A DNA stretch of 64,000 nucleotides from Tubulanus polymorphus (Eukaryota > Animalia > Nemertea). A model generated the notes under the pieces. It had not been told where the DNA came from. It searched no databases and worked only from the letters and a program-made list of their open reading frames with translations. The translations under genes and the position numbers were made by a program. How positions within the stretch are numbered: position 1 is the stretch's first letter; each line of letters starts with the position of its first letter. The stretch spans positions 1 through 64,000 of the forward strand of contig NC_134030.1 in the NCBI RefSeq assembly GCF_964204645.1. The letters run 5' to 3'. Positions 48,261 through 61,413 of this stretch are shown one piece after another.

Positions 48261-48614
48261 ACTCATAGCCTACTGAGTACCACTCCTAGCCTACTGAGTA
48301 CCACTCCTAGCCTACTGAGTACCGCTCCTAGCTTACTGAGTACCGCTCCTAGCTTACTGAGTACCGCTCTAGCTTACTGAGTACCACTCATAGCTTACTG
48401 AGTACCACTCCTAGCTTACTGAGTACCACTCCTAGCTTACTGAGTACCACTCCTAGCTTACTGAGTACCACTCCTAGCTTACTGAGTACCACTCCTAGCC
48501 TACTGAGTACCACTCCTAGCCTACTGAGTACCACTCCTAGCCTACTGAGTACCACTCCTAGCCTACTGAGTACCACTCATAGCCTATATACTCCTTGAGT
48601 ACCACTCCTAGCCC
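48261..48614. repeat. 21-bp minisatellite
   Basis: (actcctagcctactgagtacc)n. Confidence 0.93.
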
Positions 48615-48694
48615 TTGTAGATGCTATGTTTTCATTCATCCTCACAAATTATTTATTATAGGTTGCTGTCACTTGACTTGCTGCTCTTTATCTA

Positions 48695-49000
48695 CTCCTC
48701 CTCTGCTGTCTCCTCCTCTGCTGTCTCCTCCTCTGCTGTCTCCTCCTCTGCTGTCTCCTCCTCTGCTGTCTCCTCCTCTGCTATCTCCTCCTCTGCTGTC
48801 TCCTCCTCTGCTGTCTCCTCCTCTGCTGTCTCCTCCTCTGCTGTCTCCTCCTCTGCTGTCTCCTCCTCTGCTGTCTCCTCCTCTGCTGTCTCCTCCTCTG
48901 CTGTCTCCTCCTCTGCTGTCTCCTCCTCTGCTGTCTCCTCCTCTGCTATCTCCTCCTCTGCTGTCTCCTCCTCTGCTGTCTCCTCCTCTGCTGTCTCCTC
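48695..49000. repeat. 15-bp minisatellite
   Basis: (tcctcctctgctgtc) ~20 copies. Confidence 0.95.
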
Positions 49001-49238
49001 TACTCAGCTCCTGTACATCCTCCAATAGCTTGACATCCTTTTACTTCTTTTGCTCCTCTCTACTCACTCTCCTCCTCACTGCTGCTCCTACTTGTTTCTT
49101 TTCAACTGCTCCTTAGATTCCTCCTTTATATCAGCACGTGTATATATTGCTAACAAGTATTGATTTAGATTTCAGAAGCCACCACTGGCATGTGATTATA
49201 ACTGTTCAATGTATTAATGTTTTAAACGATATTTTTAG

Positions 49239-49394
49239 ATGAAAAAACAAGAAGCAGAAAAAACAAATGAGAAGGAAACAGAAGAGGAAATAGATATAGA
49301 TTTAGAGGATCCTGAAGTCCAGGCCTCAGCGTTAAAAATACAAGCTAGTTTCCGTGGACACCAGGCGCGTAAAGAGGTTCATTCTATGAAGAAG
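49239..49394 (+). CDS. Acidic-IQ exon (phase 0-0)
   Basis: MKKQEAEKTNEKETEEEIDIDLEDPEVQASALKIQASFRGHQARKEVHSMKK; ttttag...GTTCGT. Confidence 0.88.
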
Positions 49395-49409
49395 GTTCGT
49401 TCGTCATCT

Positions 49410-52400
49410 GGAGAATCAGTTACCTCTATCTAACTCATTACACCTCTACAGGAGAATCAGTTACCTCTATCTAACTCATTACACCTCTACAGGTGAATCA
49501 GTTACCTCTATCTAACTCATTACACCTCTACAGGTGAATCAGTTACCTCTATCTAACTCATTACACCTCTACAGGTGAATCAGTTACCTCTATCTAACTC
49601 ATTACAACTCTACAGGAGAATCAGTTACCTCTATCTAACTCATTACACCTCTACAGGAGAATCAGTTACCTCTATCTAACTCATTACACCTCTACAGGAG
49701 AATCAGTTACCTCTATCTAACTCATTACACCTCTACAGGAGAATCAGTTACCTCTATCTAACTCATTACACCTCTACAGGAGAATCAGTTACCTCTATCT
49801 AACTCATTACACCTCTACAGGAGAATCAGTTACCTCTATCTAACTCATTACACCTCTACAGGTGAATCAGTTACCTCTATCTAACTCATTACACCTCTAC
49901 AGGAGAATCAGTTACCTCTATCTAACTCATTACACCTCTACAGGAGAATCAGTTACCTCTATCTAACTCATTACACCTCTACAGGAGAATCAGTTACCTC
50001 TATCTAACTCATTACACCTCTACAGGAGAATCAGTTACCTCTATCTAACTCATTACACCTCTACAGGAGAATCAGTTACCTCTATCTAACTCATTACACC
50101 TCTACAGGTGAATCAGTTACCTCTATCTAACTCATTACACCTCTACAGGTGAATCAGTTACCTCTATCTAACTCATTACACCTCTACAGGAGAATCAGTT
50201 ACCTCTATCTAACTCATTACACCTCTACAGGAGAATCAGTTACCTCTATCTAACTCATTACACCTCTACAGGAGAATCAGTTACCTCTATCTAACTCATT
50301 ACACCTCTACAGGTGAATCAGTTACCTCTATCTAACTCATTACACCTCTACAGGAGAATCAGTTACCTCTATCTAACTCATTACACCTCTACAGGTGAAT
50401 CAGTTACCTCTATCTAACTCATTACACCTCTACAGGAGAATCAGTTACCTCTATCTAACTCATTACACCTCTACAGGAGAATCAGTTACCTCTATCTAAC
50501 TCATTACACCTCTACAGGAGAATCAGTTACCTCTATCTAACTCATTACACCTCTACAGGTGAATCAGTTACCTCTATCTAACTCATTACACCTCTACAGG
50601 AGAATCAGTTACCTCTATCTAACTCATTACACCTCTACAGGAGAATCAGTTACCTCTATCTAACTCATTACACCTCTACAGGTGAATCAGTTACCTCTAT
50701 CTAACTCATTACACTTCTACAGGAGAATCAGTTACCTCTATCTAACTCATTACACCTCTACAGGAGAATCAGTTACCTCTATCTAACTCATTACACCTCT
50801 ACAGGAGAATCAGTTACCTCTATCTAACTCATTACACCTCTACAGGAGAATCAGTTACCTCTATCTAACTCATTACACCTCTACAGGAGAATCAGTTACC
50901 TCTATCTAACTCATTACACCTCTACAGGAGAATCAGTTACCTCTATCTAACTCATTACACCTCTACAGGTGAATCAGTTACCTCTATCTAACTCATTACA
51001 CCTCTACAGGTGAATCAGTTACCTCTATCTAACTCATTACACCTCTACAGGAGAATCAGTTACCTCTATCTAACTCATTACACCTCTACAGGTGAATCAG
51101 TTACCTCTATCTAACTCATTACACCTCTACAGGAGAATCAGTTTCCTCTATCTAACTCATTACACCTCTACAGGTGAATCAGTTACCTCTATCTAACTCA
51201 TTACACCTCTACAGGAGAATCAGTTACCTCTATATAACTCATTACACCTCTACAGGAGAATCAGTTACCTCTATCTAACTCATTACACCTCTACAGGAGA
51301 ATCAGTTACCTCTATCTAACTCATTACACCTCTACAGGAGAATCAGTTACCTCTATCTAACTCATTACACCTCTACAGGTGAATCAGTTACCTCTATCTA
51401 ACTCATTACACCTCTACAGGAGAATCAGTTACCTCTATATAACTCATTACACCTCTACAGGAGAATCAGTTACCTCTATCTAACTCATTACACCTCTACA
51501 GGTGAATCAGTTACCTCTATCTAACTCATTACACCTCTACAGGTGAATCAGTTACCTCTATCTAACTCATTACACCTCTACAGGAGAATCAGTTACCTCT
51601 ATCTAACTCATTACACCTCTACAGGAGAATCAGTTACCTCTATCTAACTCATTACACCTCTACAGGAGAATCAGTTACCTCTATCTAACTCATTACACCT
51701 CTACAGGTGAATCAGTTACCTCTATCTAACTCATTACACCTCTACAGGAGAATCAGTTACCTCTATCTAACTCATTACACCTCTACAGGAGAATCAGTTA
51801 CCTCTATCTAACTCATTACACCTCTACAGGAGAATCAGTTACCTCTATCTAACTCATTACACCTCTACAGGAGAATCAGTTACCTCTATCTAACTCATTA
51901 CACCTCTACAGGAGAATCAGTTACCTCTATCTAACTCATTACACCTCTACAGGTGAATCAGTTACCTCTATCTAACTCATTACACCTCTACAGTAGAATC
52001 AGTTACCTCTATCTAACTCATTACACCTCTACAGGAGAATCAGTTACCTCTATCTAACTCATTACACCTCTACAGGTGAATCAGTTACCTCTATCTAACT
52101 CATTACACCTCTACAGGAGAATCAGTTACCTCTATCTAACTCATTACACCTCTACAGGAGAATCAGTTACCTCTATCTAACTCATTACACCTCTACAGGA
52201 GAATCAGTTACCTCTATCTAACTCATTACACCTCTACAGGAGAATCAGTTACCTCTATCTAACTCATTACACCTCTACAGGTGAATCAGTTACCTCTATC
52301 TAACTCATTACACCTCTACAGGAGAATCAGTTACCTCTATCTAACTCATTACACCTCTACAGGTGAATCAGTTACCTCTATCTAACTCATTACACCTCTA

Positions 52401-55400
52401 CAGTAGAATCAGTTACCTCTATCTAACTCATTACACCTCTACAGGAGAATCAGTTACCTCTATCTAACTCATTACACCTCTACAGGTGAATCAGTTACCT
52501 CTATCTAACTCATTACACCTCTACAGGAGAATCAGTTACCTCTATCTAACTCATTACACCTCTACAGGAGAATCAGTTACCTCTATCTAACTCATTACAC
52601 CTCTACAGGAGAATCAGTTACCTCTATCTAACTCATTACACCTCTACAGGAGAATCAGTTACCTCTATCTAACTCATTACACCTCTACAGGTGAATCAGT
52701 TACCTCTATCTAACTCATTACACCTCTACAGGAGAATCAGTTACCTCTATCTAACTCATTACACCTCTACAGGTGAATCAGTTACCTCTATCTAACTCAT
52801 TACACCTCTACAGGAGAATCAGTTACCTCTATCTAACTCATTACACCTCTACAGGAGAATCAGTTACCTCTATCTAACTCATTACACCTCTACAGGAGAA
52901 TCAGTTACCTCTATCTAACTCATTACACCTCTACAGGAGAATCAGTTACCTCTATCTAACTCATTACACCTCTACAGGAGAATCAGTTACCTCTATCTAA
53001 CTCATTACACCTCTACAGGTGAATCAGTTACCTCTATCTAACTCATTACACCTCTACAGGAGAATCAGTTACCTCTATCTAACTCATTACACCTCTACAG
53101 GAGAATCAGTTACCTCTATCTAACTCATTACACCTCTACAGGAGAATCAGTTACCTCTATCTAACTCATTACACCTCTACAGGAGAATCAGTTACCTCTA
53201 TCTAACTCATTACACCTCTACAGGAGAATCAGTTACCTCTATCTAACTCATTACACCTCTACAGGTGAATCAGTTACCTCTATCTAACTCATTACACCTC
53301 TACAGGTGAATCAGTTACCTCTATCTAACTCATTACACCTCTACAGGAGAATCAGTTACCTCTATCTAACTCATTACACCTCTACAGGAGAATCAGTTAC
53401 CTCTATCTAACTCATTACACCTCTACAGGAGAATCAGTTACCTCTATCTAACTCATTACACCTCTACAGGTGAATCAGTTACCTCTATCTAACTCATTAC
53501 ACCTCTACAGGAGAATCAGTTACCTCTATCTAACTCATTACACCTCTACAGGTGAATCAGTTACCTCTATCTAACTCATTACACCTCTACAGGAGAATCA
53601 GTTACCTCTATCTAACTCATTACACCTCTACAGGAGAATCAGTTACCTCTATCTAACTCATTACACCTCTACAGGAGAATCAGTTACCTCTATCTAACTC
53701 ATTACACCTCTACAGGTGAATCAGTTACCTCTATCTAACTCATTACACCTCTACAGGAGAATCAGTTACCTCTATCTAACTCATTACACCTCTACAGGAG
53801 AATCAGTTACCTCTATCTAACTCATTACACCTCTACAGGTGAATCAGTTACCTCTATCTAACTCATTACACTTCTACAGGAGAATCAGTTACCTCTATCT
53901 AACTCATTACACCTCTACAGGAGAATCAGTTACCTCTATCTAACTCATTACACCTCTACAGGAGAATCAGTTACCTCTATCTAACTCATTACACCTCTAC
54001 AGGAGAATCAGTTACCTCTATCTAACTCATTACACCTCTACAGGAGAATCAGTTACCTCTATCTAACTCATTACACCTCTACAGGAGAATCAGTTACCTC
54101 TATCTAACTCATTACACCTCTACAGGTGAATCAGTTACCTCTATCTAACTCATTACACCTCTACAGGTGAATCAGTTACCTCTATCTAACTCATTACACC
54201 TCTACAGGAGAATCAGTTACCTCTATCTAACTCATTACACCTCTACAGGTGAATCAGTTACCTCTATCTAACTCATTACACCTCTACAGGAGAATCAGTT
54301 TCCTCTATCTAACTCATTACACCTCTACAGGTGAATCAGTTACCTCTATCTAACTCATTACACCTCTACAGGAGAATCAGTTACCTCTATATAACTCATT
54401 ACACCTCTACAGGAGAATCAGTTACCTCTATCTAACTCATTACACCTCTACAGGAGAATCAGTTACCTCTATCTAACTCATTACACCTCTACAGGAGAAT
54501 CAGTTACCTCTATCTAACTCATTACACCTCTACAGGTGAATCAGTTACCTCTATCTAACTCATTACACCTCTACAGGAGAATCAGTTACCTCTATATAAC
54601 TCATTACACCTCTACAGGAGAATCAGTTACCTCTATCTAACTCATTACACCTCTACAGGTGAATCAGTTACCTCTATCTAACTCATTACACCTCTACAGG
54701 TGAATCAGTTACCTCTATCTAACTCATTACACCTCTACAGGAGAATCAGTTACCTCTATCTAACTCATTACACCTCTACAGGAGAATCAGTTACCTCTAT
54801 CTAACTCATTACACCTCTACAGGAGAATCAGTTACCTCTATCTAACTCATTACACCTCTACAGGTGAATCAGTTACCTCTATCTAACTCATTACACCTCT
54901 ACAGGAGAATCAGTTACCTCTATCTAACTCATTACACCTCTACAGGAGAATCAGTTACCTCTATCTAACTCATTACACCTCTACAGGAGAATCAGTTACC
55001 TCTATCTAACTCATTACACCTCTACAGGAGAATCAGTTACCTCTATCTAACTCATTACACCTCTACAGGAGAATCAGTTACCTCTATCTAACTCATTACA
55101 CCTCTACAGGTGAATCAGTTACCTCTATCTAACTCATTACACCTCTACAGTAGAATCAGTTACCTCTATCTAACTCATTACACCTCTACAGGAGAATCAG
55201 TTACCTCTATCTAACTCATTACACCTCTACAGGTGAATCAGTTACCTCTATCTAACTCATTACACCTCTACAGGAGAATCAGTTACCTCTATCTAACTCA
55301 TTACACCTCTACAGGAGAATCAGTTACCTCTATCTAACTCATTACACCTCTACAGGAGAATCAGTTACCTCTATCTAACTCATTACACCTCTACAGGAGA

Positions 55401-56117
55401 ATCAGTTACCTCTATCTAACTCATTACACCTCTACAGGTGAATCAGTTACCTCTATCTAACTCATTACACCTCTACAGGAGAATCAGTTACCTCTATCTA
55501 ACTCATTACACCTCTACAGGTGAATCAGTTACCTCTATCTAACTCATTACACCTCTACAGTAGAATCAGTTACCTCTATCTAACTCATTACACCTCTACA
55601 GGAGAATCAGTTACCTCTATCTAACTCATTACACCTCTACAGGTGAATCAGTTACCTCTATCTAACTCATTACACCTCTACAGGAGAATCAGTTACCTCT
55701 ATCTAACTCATTACACCTCTACAGGAGAATCAGTTACCTCTATCTAACTCATTACACCTCTACAGGAGAATCAGTTACCTCTATCTAACTCATTACACCT
55801 CTACAGGAGAATCAGTTACCTCTATCTAACTCATTACACCTCTACAGGTGAATCAGTTACCTCTATCTAACTCATTACACCTCTACAGGAGAATCAGTTA
55901 CCTCTATCTAACTCATTACACCTCTACAGGTGAATCAGTTACCTCTATCTAACTCATTACACCTCTACAGGAGAATCAGTTACCTCTATCTAACTCATTA
56001 CACCTCTACAGGAGAATCAGTTACCTCTATCTAACTCATTACACCTCTACAGGAGAATCAGTTACCTCTATCTAACTCATTACACCTCTACAGGAGAATC
56101 AGTTACCTCTATCTAAC
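49410..56117. repeat. 41-bp intronic satellite (~163 copies) with higher-order structure
   Basis: (gg[a/t]gaatcagttacctctatctaactcattacacctctaca)n. Confidence 0.98.
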
Positions 56118-56300
56118 ACACTATTTTCAATTTTCAGGCTTGATTAGTAAGGTGTTGAGTTAAGGGTTTTGAGGCTGTCTATCTGGGACTGGTTATGTTA
56201 ATATATTGGTTCTGAATACTTCATGTTTATGTGAAATCGATAGAGTCACTAACACATACACCTCAATACACAGTAGTGACACTTATTTTACTAAACATAG

Positions 56301-56462
56301 GAAAATCAAACTAATGAAGATGAGAAATCCCAAAATGAGAAGGAAACAGAAGAGGAAATAGATATAGATTTAGAGGATCCTGAAGTCCAGGCCTCGGCGT
56401 TAAAAATACAAGCTAGTTTCCGTGGACACCAGGCGCGTAAAGAGGTTCATTCTATGAAGAAG
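56301..56462 (+). CDS. Acidic-IQ exon (phase 0-0), near-identical copy of the 49239 exon
   Basis: ENQTNEDEKSQNEKETEEEIDIDLEDPEVQASALKIQASFRGHQARKEVHSMKK. Confidence 0.88.
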
Positions 56463-56487
56463 GTTCGTTCGTTAATCCTCGCTTAAT

Positions 56488-56866
56488 GCTTTCCTCACCT
56501 GCCAGTGCAGCCTTCCTACCTCTAGACTCGGCAGTCGAGGGGCTTTCCTCACCTGCCAGTGCAGCCTTCCTACCTCTAGACTCGGCAGTCGAGGGGCTTT
56601 CCTCACCTGCCAGTGTAGCCTCCCTACCTCTAGACGCGGCATTCGAGGGGCTTTCCTCACCTGCCAGTGCAGCCTTCCTACCTCTAGACTCGGCAGTCGA
56701 GGGGCTTTCCTCACCTGCCAGTGTAGCCTCCCTACCTCTAGACGCGGCATTCGAGGGGCTTTCCTCACCTGCCAGTGCAGCCTTCCTACCTCTAGACTCG
56801 GCAGTCGAGGGGCTTTCCTCACCTGCCAGTGCAGCCTTCCTACCTCTAGACTCGGCAGTCGAGGGT
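56488..56866. repeat. 54-bp minisatellite
   Basis: gctttcctcacctgccagtgcagccttcctacctctagactcggcagtcgaggg x7, two unit variants. Confidence 0.95.
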
Positions 56867-56993
56867 CCTCAAATAATATCTAGCATGAATCTATTTCACG
56901 AATATCTCTAATCATTACTTTGATTATAATAATAATAATAATAATAATCTCTGATTTATTTTACAGGTAATTATTCTGTAATTCATTCACCAC

Positions 56994-57024
<31 letters not shown>

Positions 57025-57099
57025 TTCATATTTCAGTTTTAAATTCTCTATCAATCAGTGTTTCATGTATCTGTTAAGGAAGATGATGTATCCAACTGG

Positions 57100-57340
57100 T
57101 TCCCCTCAAGAGGTTCACACCCCTCCCCTCATGAGGTTCACACTCCCTCCCCTCATGAGGTTCACACCCCTCCCCTCAAGAGGTTTACACCCCTCCCCTC
57201 ATGAGGTTCACACTCCCTCCCCTCATGAGGTTCACACTCCCTCCCCTCAAGAGGTTCACACCCCTCCCCTCAAGAGGTTTACACCCCTCCCCTCATGAGG
57301 TTCACACTCCCTCCCCTCATGAGGTTCACACCCCTCCCTG
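57100..57340. repeat. 23-24-bp tandem repeat
   Basis: gaggttcacacccctcccctcat units. Confidence 0.88.
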
Positions 57341-57385
57341 GTTGATCTGCTTTATGATTTTACTCATGTATCTATGTGTGTTTAG

Positions 57386-57577
57386 GAAACACCTCCGGTC
57401 GAAGCGCCCCCTGGTGATGAACCGTCGCGATTAGAAACGCCCCCTGGTGTTGAACAGGAAGAGGTAGTCGATATTGATTTGACCGACCCGGAGGTCGCAG
57501 CCGCAGCCAATAAAATTCAAGCGAAATTCCGTGGAATTCAATTCCGTAAAAAAAAACAAACACAACAGAAACCAGCG
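57386..57577 (+). CDS. Acidic-IQ exon (phase 0-0)
   Basis: ETPPVEAPPGDEPSRLETPPGVEQEEVVDIDLTDPEVAAAANKIQAKFRGIQFRKKKQTQQKPA. Confidence 0.85.
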
Positions 57578-57807
57578 GTATATACCCCCCTCTTCCCCCC
57601 TCCCCCTCTCCCTCCTCCCTCTTCAGTTTCTGTGGATTTCAGTTTTCTCAGTGGATATTCTATTATTTTACAGTAGATGGTTAGAGCTGGTTTAAATCGT
57701 TACACCTGGTTTAAATCGTTAAACCTGGTTTTATCTCTCGTTCGATGTCATTTTCCTCATTTATTCTGATTATTTTTCATTTTTTTAATTCTATTTTGTA
57801 ACGTAAG

Positions 57808-57984
57808 GAATTATTACCGGATGATGATGTTGAGTATGAGGAAGTACGAGCTCCACCGTTACCGGATAAAATCCCTGAACTAATCGATTTAACAGACCGC
57901 GACGTCATAGAAGCGGCAAATAGAATTCAGGCTCAGTTCCGCGGTATTAAAACACGTCAGAAATTACAACCAATGATTATTGAG
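57808..57984 (+). CDS. IQ exon (phase 0-0)
   Basis: ELLPDDDVEYEEVRAPPLPDKIPELIDLTDRDVIEAANRIQAQFRGIKTRQKLQPMIIE. Confidence 0.82.
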
Positions 57985-58224
57985 GTGTGATTCTATGTTT
58001 CACTCACTCACACTCAGTCGATTAGAAGAATTAGTCAGTTAAACGATGTTAGTTAATTAGTGCGTTAATGTGTTTAATTAGTTAATTAGTATTTAATTAG
58101 TGCGATGTAATTTTGTTGTCATTTCAGGACGAGGATATTTTCATCCTGTCCTCGTTAGGTTTTTTCATCTCAGTTGAGTTTTGTTTATAATTTTAATCTC
58201 AATGTGTTTTATGTATTCATCCTA

Positions 58225-58712
58225 CAGCAGCTGCTGCTGCTGCTGCCGCTGCCGCCGCCGCCGCCGCTGCTGCTGTGGTGGAGACAGCTGCTGCTGTGGT
58301 GGAGACAGCTGCTGCTGCTGCTGCTGCTGCTGCCGCCGCCGCCGCCGCCGCCGCTGCTGCCGCCGCCGCCGCCGCTGCTGCTGTGGTGGAGACAGCTGCT
58401 GCTGCTGCTGCTGCTGCCGCCGCCGCCGCTGCTGCTGTGGTGGAGACAGCTGCTGCTGCTGCTGCTGCTGCTGCCGCCGCCGCCGCCGCCGCTGCTGCTG
58501 CTGCTGCTGTGGTGGAGACAGCTGCTGCTGCTGCTGCTGCTGCCGCTGCTGCCTTCGCCGCCGCCGCCGCTGCTGCTGCTGCTGCTGCCGCCGCCGCCGC
58601 CGCTGCTGCTGCTGTGGTGGAGACAGCTGCTGCTGCTGCTGCTGCTGCCGCCGCCGCCGCTGCTGCTGTGGTGGAGACAGCTGCTGCTGTGGTGGTGGCA
58701 GCTGCTGTAGCT
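58225..58712. repeat. Compound (CTG)n/(CCG)n trinucleotide array with gtggtggagacag spacers
   Basis: Seen directly; intronic by the flanking exon model. Confidence 0.92.
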
Positions 58713-58980
58713 GTCACTGGATTCATCTATTCCTCTCACCTCTATTTCAATGTTGACTCCTCTCAATCAAATCTATTTATTGTTTATAAATGTTGTTTAT
58801 CAATCTCTGATTTATTTATATTTCAACCGTTCAAAAAATCTCTTTATTTATTTTTCTCGACTTTTTTGTGTCTATTTCTGATTTTTCGATATTGAACTCT
58901 TTTTCGATGTAATCTCTGATTTATTTCGATGTGTATTATTTCTATTTATTGCTGCTATGGTTACTAATCCGGGTTTAAAG

Positions 58981-59097
58981 GATAAACCACGTCGTGTTTT
59001 GGGTATCGATGATTCGGAGGCGGTTGCCGCGGCGACTAAGATACAATCGTGTTATAAAGGTTATAAAACGCGAGTTCAATATCGCGGATATATCAAG
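58981..59097 (+). CDS. IQ exon, RVLG subtype (phase 0-0)
   Basis: DKPRRVLGIDDSEAVAAATKIQSCYKGYKTRVQYRGYIK. Confidence 0.8.
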
Positions 59098-59388
59098 GTA
59101 AAATATTGGTTACTACGGTAACGTCATACTGCAGCCATTGTTGTCGATAAGCACTATCTCTATCTTTCATTCACTCTTCTTAATCCGGGGTTTAATCGCG
59201 ACCTAATCAGGTTTTTCTTTTTGTAAAAATCTTAAATAGAAATTTCTCTTAATTTTATTTGTAACACGCGATATAGCTGAGTTTACACAAACTGACACTA
59301 GGAGTCGCTAGTGGCACATCACTCACCTGCCAGGGTTAATTTCTCTCTATCTCTCTCTCTCTCTTTCTATGTTTCTCTCTGGTGACAG

Positions 59389-59514
59389 GATAAAGCTATT
59401 CGAGTGTTAGGTATAGATGTCGATAATGAAGATATGCAAATAGCAGCAACTAAAATACAGGCAAATTATAGAGGCTACAAATCTCGCAAAGAGTATGATG
59501 AGTTATTGAATAAG
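59389..59514 (+). CDS. IQ exon, RVLG subtype (phase 0-0)
   Basis: DKAIRVLGIDVDNEDMQIAATKIQANYRGYKSRKEYDELLNK. Confidence 0.85.
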
Positions 59515-59612
59515 GTGAAAATATACCTCATAACTGACTACAATAGACTAGAATCTAGTATAGTATAGTATAGTATAGTATAGTATAGTATAGTTTTGTA
59601 TCTGCATGTATA

Positions 59613-59839
59613 GATACAATGATTGTAGTTTTTTTGATACAGTGATTTTAGTTTTCTTGATACAGTGATTGTAGTTTTTTCGATACAGTGATTGTAGTTT
59701 TTTCGATACAGTGATTGTAGTTTTTTCGATACAGTGATTGTAGTTTTTTCGATACAGTGATTGTAGTTTTTTTGATACAGTGATTGTAGTTTTTTCGATA
59801 CAGTGATTGTAGTTTTTTTGATTCAGTGATTGTAGTTTT
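59613..59839. repeat. 23-24-bp tandem repeat, preceded by (TAGTA)n
   Basis: gatacagtgattgtagttttttc units. Confidence 0.9.
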
Positions 59840-60011
59840 AAGTAAATCAATTTCATCATCAGTTTGATATTTTATAAATGTTTTTTGTTATTGTTGTTAA
59901 TTTGTTTATCACTGGTGTAAAAATTCTCACTATTTCAATAGATTTTAAATTTGCTGTTTATTTATTTTCATTTATTTTTTCACGATATTTTGTGGTTTTT
60001 TTTTGGTTTAG

Positions 60012-60158
60012 GAGAAAGCTAGACGAGTTTTAGGCGTAGATTTAGATGATCCTGAATTACAGCGAGCAGCTTTACAAATACAAGCAGGTTATAAAGGTTA
60101 TAGAACTCGTAAAGAATATAAAAAAGCAAAAAAAGAGAAAGAAAAACGTTTAAAAAAG
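60012..60158 (+). CDS. IQ exon, RVLG subtype (phase 0-0)
   Basis: EKARRVLGVDLDDPELQRAALQIQAGYKGYRTRKEYKKAKKEKEKRLKK. Confidence 0.85.
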
Positions 60159-60276
60159 GTTTGTTTATGTTGGCAGCAATGTCGGCAGCAATGTCAGTCA
60201 GCAATGTCAGTCAGCAATGTCAGTCAGCAATGTCAGTCAGTGTGGTATTGTTTAAACCCCGTCAGATCCAAGCTTA

Positions 60277-61413
60277 TGGTGACAGGTTCCTCCTACTCCT
60301 CAGATCTGGTGACAGGTTCCTCCTACTCCTCAGATCTGGTGACAGGTTCCTCCTACTCCTCAGATCTGGTGACAGGTCCCTCCTACTCCTCAGATCTGGT
60401 GACAGGTTCCTCCTACTCCTCAGATCTGGTGACAGGTTCCTCCTACTCCTCGGATCTGGTGACAGGTTTCTCCTACTCCTCAGATCTGGTGACAGGTTCC
60501 TCCTACTCCTCAGATCTGGTGACAGGTTCCTCCTACTCCTCAGATCTGGTGACAGGTTCCTCCTACTCCCCAGATCTGGTGACAGGTCCCTCCTACTCCT
60601 CAGATCTGGTGACAGGTTCCTCCTACTCCTCAGATCTGGTGACAGGTTCCTCCTACTCCTCAGATCTGGTGACAGGTTTCTCCTACTCCTCAGATCTGGT
60701 GACAGGTTCCTCCTACTCCTCAGATCTGGTGACAGGTTCCTCCTACTCCTCAGATCTGGTGACAGGTTCCTCCTACTCCCCAGATCTGGTGACAGGTCCC
60801 TCCTACTCCTCAGATCTGGTGACAGGTTCCTCCTACTCCTCAGATCTGGTGACAGGTTCCTCCTACTCCTCAGATCTGGTGACAGGTTCCTCCTACTCCT
60901 CAGATCTGGTGACAGGTCCCTCCTACTCCTCAGATCTGGTGACAGGTTCCTCCTACTCCTCAGATCTGGTGACAGGTTCCTCCTACTCCTCAGATCTGGT
61001 GACAGGTTCCTCCTACTCCTCAGATCTGGTGACAGGTCCCTCCTACTCCTCAGATCTCCAGTTCCTCCTCTATAATTATCTCCTCCAGTTCCTCCTCTAT
61101 AATTATCTCCTCCAGTTCCTCTATGATGATCTCCTCCAGTTCCTCCTCTATGATGACCTCCTCCAGTTCCTCCTCTATGATGACCTCCTCCAGTTCCTCT
61201 ATGATGATCTCCTCCAGTTCCTCCTCTATGATGATCTCCTCCAGTTCCTCCTCTATAATGATCTCCTCCAGTTCCTCCTCTATAATGATCTCCTCCAGTT
61301 CCTCCTCTATAATGACCTCCTCCAGTTCCTCCTCTATAATGATCTCCTCCAGTTCCTCCTCTATAATGATCTCCTCCAGTTCCTCCTCTATAATGACCTC
61401 CTCCAGTTCCTCC
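60277..61413. repeat. Two abutting minisatellites: 30-bp (60277-61057) and ~27-bp (61057-61413)
   Basis: (cagatctggtgacaggttcctcctactcct)n then (ctccagttcctcctctataatgatctc)n. Confidence 0.95.

Noticed and set aside
57079-58160. Extra micro-exons after acceptor-like sites at 57078 and 58127
   Set aside because: No credible donor in a compatible phase; cannot be supported without RNA data
58174-58895. Poly-Ala/Cys/Leu ORFs as a coding exon
   Set aside because: Trinucleotide array open in nearly all frames; no convincing flanking donor. An Ala-rich exon cannot be fully excluded without RNA data
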